This document shows positions 62,633-64,000 of a DNA stretch of 64,000 nt, in pieces (the first letter of the stretch is position 1; every line of letters starts with the position of its first letter). The position numbers were made by a program, and so were the translations under genes. The notes beneath the pieces are model-generated. The model did not search any database, was not told the DNA's origin, and saw nothing but the letters and a program-made list of their open reading frames with translations. The DNA is from a virus. The stretch lies in IMG/VR virus record IMGVR_UViG_3300047157_000243, positions 1 to 64,000 of that record, one strand, 5' to 3'.

Positions 62633-63670
62633 ATGAGCAATAAAAACTGCAACATCACAAAATCAATAAGGGAAAAGATGGGTAGAAACATCCATAACAC
62701 CCAAAATCATCCAATTAAAATAATTAAAGATAAAATATACGAATATTTCGGTGAGTCTTTTGAAAAGTTTGATTCTTTTGAACCTAAAGTAAATGTTGTA
62801 GAAAATTTTGACAAATTACTAATACAAAAAGAACACCCAGCGAGAAGCTTGTCTGATACATATTATTTTGATGAAAACACTTGTTTAAGAACTCATACTT
62901 CAGCTCATCAAAACGAGTTATTATCTAAAGGTTGTGAAAAATTTCTTGTAACAGGAGATGTTTATAGAAAAGATGAGATAGACAGTTCTCATTATCCTGT
63001 ATTTCATCAAATGGAAGGAGTTTGTATTGTTGAAGATAATGAAAATGTTCAAGAAGAATTTAAAAACAAATTAATTGGGCTAGTTGATTATTTGTTTCCT
63101 GGGTGTGAGTATAGATTTAATGATGATTATTTTCCTTTTACAGACCCATCTCTTGAAATTGAGGTTAAGTTTAATGGAGAGTGGTTAGAGATAATGGGAG
63201 GGGGAATTGTTCAAGGTAAAATAATGGAAAACTGTGGACTCAAAAATAAGAAAGCTTGGGCTTTTGGTTTAGGGTTAGAAAGGTTGGCTATGATTTTATT
63301 TAACATACCTGATATAAGATATTTTTGGACAACAGACGAAAGATTCTTAAATCAGTTTAAGTCAGGTGAAATTGTAGATTTTAAAGAGTATTCCAAATAT
63401 CCACCTTGCTCAAAAGATGTAGCTTTTTGGCTAAATGATGAATACAATTATAATGACTTTTGTGAAATAGTTAGAGAAATGGGTGGAGATTTTGTTGAAG
63501 AAATATCTTTATTAGATAAGTTTACTAATCCAAAAACAAACAAAATCTCTCATTGTTACAGAATCACTTATCGTTCAAATGATAGAAGTTTAACAAATGA
63601 AGAAATTGACGAAGTTCAAATTAAGGTTAGAAATCTACTAAAAGAGCAAATGAAATTAGAGCTTAGATGA
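62633..63670 (+). CDS. pheS: Phenylalanine-tRNA ligase, monomeric organellar-type (alpha catalytic domain + ferredoxin-fold anticodon-binding domain)
   Basis: HPARS.SDTYY, LRTHTSAHQ, YRKDEID..HYPVFHQMEG, FPFT.PS.E, AFGLGLERLAM, DIRYFW; C-term SKYPP...DVAFW...SHCYRITYRS.DRSLT.EEI. Confidence 0.93.
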   Translation: MSNKNCNITKSIREKMGRNIHNTQNHPIKIIKDKIYEYFGESFEKFDSFEPKVNVVENFDKLLIQKEHPARSLSDTYYFDENTCLRTHTSAHQNELLSKGCEKFLVTGDVYRKDEIDSSHYPVFHQMEGVCIVEDNENVQEEFKNKLIGLVDYLFPGCEYRFNDDYFPFTDPSLEIEVKFNGEWLEIMGGGIVQGKIMENCGLKNKKAWAFGLGLERLAMILFNIPDIRYFWTTDERFLNQFKSGEIVDFKEYSKYPPCSKDVAFWLNDEYNYNDFCEIVREMGGDFVEEISLLDKFTNPKTNKISHCYRITYRSNDRSLTNEEIDEVQIKVRNLLKEQMKLELR

Positions 63671-63699
63671 CAATAGTCAAATAAGTAAACGTAACATTT

Positions 63700-63737
63700 A
63701 AAGCCTTTATCCTAATAAGTTAAAGGCTTTCTTTTTT
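63700..63737 (+). terminator. Intrinsic terminator
   Basis: AAAGCCTTTA/TAAAGGCTTT + T-run. Confidence 0.7.
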
Positions 63738-63782
63738 AAAAAAAAATACTATTTATAGATAGTAATTATATACCAAATAAAT

Positions 63783-64000
63783 ATGAAATTTAAATTAAAA
63801 GAATCATTAATAAAATACAACCTTTTAAAAGAAGGGTGGATGCAAGATTTGGAAGGGCAATACGATGAAGACCTGCTGATATTTGTGGGAAGAATGCTTC
63901 AGAAAATTTATGGAAGCGAAAATATAGAAAATCACAAATTAGCTCCATGGATTGCTGAAGTTACAAAAACATTAGGAAAAGCACCTTATGACATTGACGC
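63783..64000 (+). CDS. Hypothetical protein (partial, runs off right edge)
   Basis: MKFKLKESLIKYNLLKEGW...; TATTTAT at 63750. Confidence 0.6.
   Translation, partial: MKFKLKESLIKYNLLKEGWMQDLEGQYDEDLLIFVGRMLQKIYGSENIENHKLAPWIAEVTKTLGKAPYDID

Noticed and set aside
1-64000. Stop-codon reassignment
   Set aside because: Long conserved genes are intact in the standard code, and TAG, TGA and TAA all end genes at sensible positions.
1-64000. Eukaryotic giant virus (NCLDV) origin, suggested by the organellar-type PheRS, Mre11-Rad50 fusion and DUF5824-like domain
   Set aside because: Peptidoglycan hydrolases, baseplate/fibre genes, bacterial tRNAs, DnaG primase, overlapping operons and Bacteroidota promoters point to a tailed bacteriophage.

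Overview
A gene-dense, very AT-rich (roughly 28-30% GC by eye), standard-code segment of a large tailed (jumbo, T4-like myovirus-type) bacteriophage, probably infecting Bacteroidota. The host inference rests on TTTG-N20-TAnnTTTG promoters and a tRNA-Ala that looks Flavobacteriia-like from memory. It contains tail-fibre and baseplate clusters (1-15.8 kb, 45.9-54.3 kb) and DNA metabolism genes (RuvC-like resolvase, primase, a probable Mre11-Rad50 fusion, PD-(D/E)XK nuclease, SNF2 helicase, HNH, C5 methyltransferase). It also has lysis genes (amidase, GH24 lysozyme, frameshifted holin-like gene, GH16), three tRNAs followed by about 500 nt of structured non-coding sequence, and a monomeric organellar-type PheRS. 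The most striking finding is a small operon at 40.1-40.7 kb behind a host-type promoter. It encodes two mini-proteins made of fragments of major capsid protein (gp23-like) and tail sheath (gp18-like), each fragment preceded by a shared K/R-x-L-[LI]-[IV]-E-K motif. This is a candidate decoy/bait system. Second, two mostly non-overlapping upstream motifs (TATTTAT vs TAnnTT(T)G) split the genes into presumed late and early classes. Many late, non-tail proteins carry short helical tags (LSESYxxRhxxLAGI; IRKIIRE) that look like head-targeting/processing signals. Several genes are broken by single-base indels, mostly in homopolymers, which are most likely long-read errors. All family calls are by-eye motif recognition; no searches were run.
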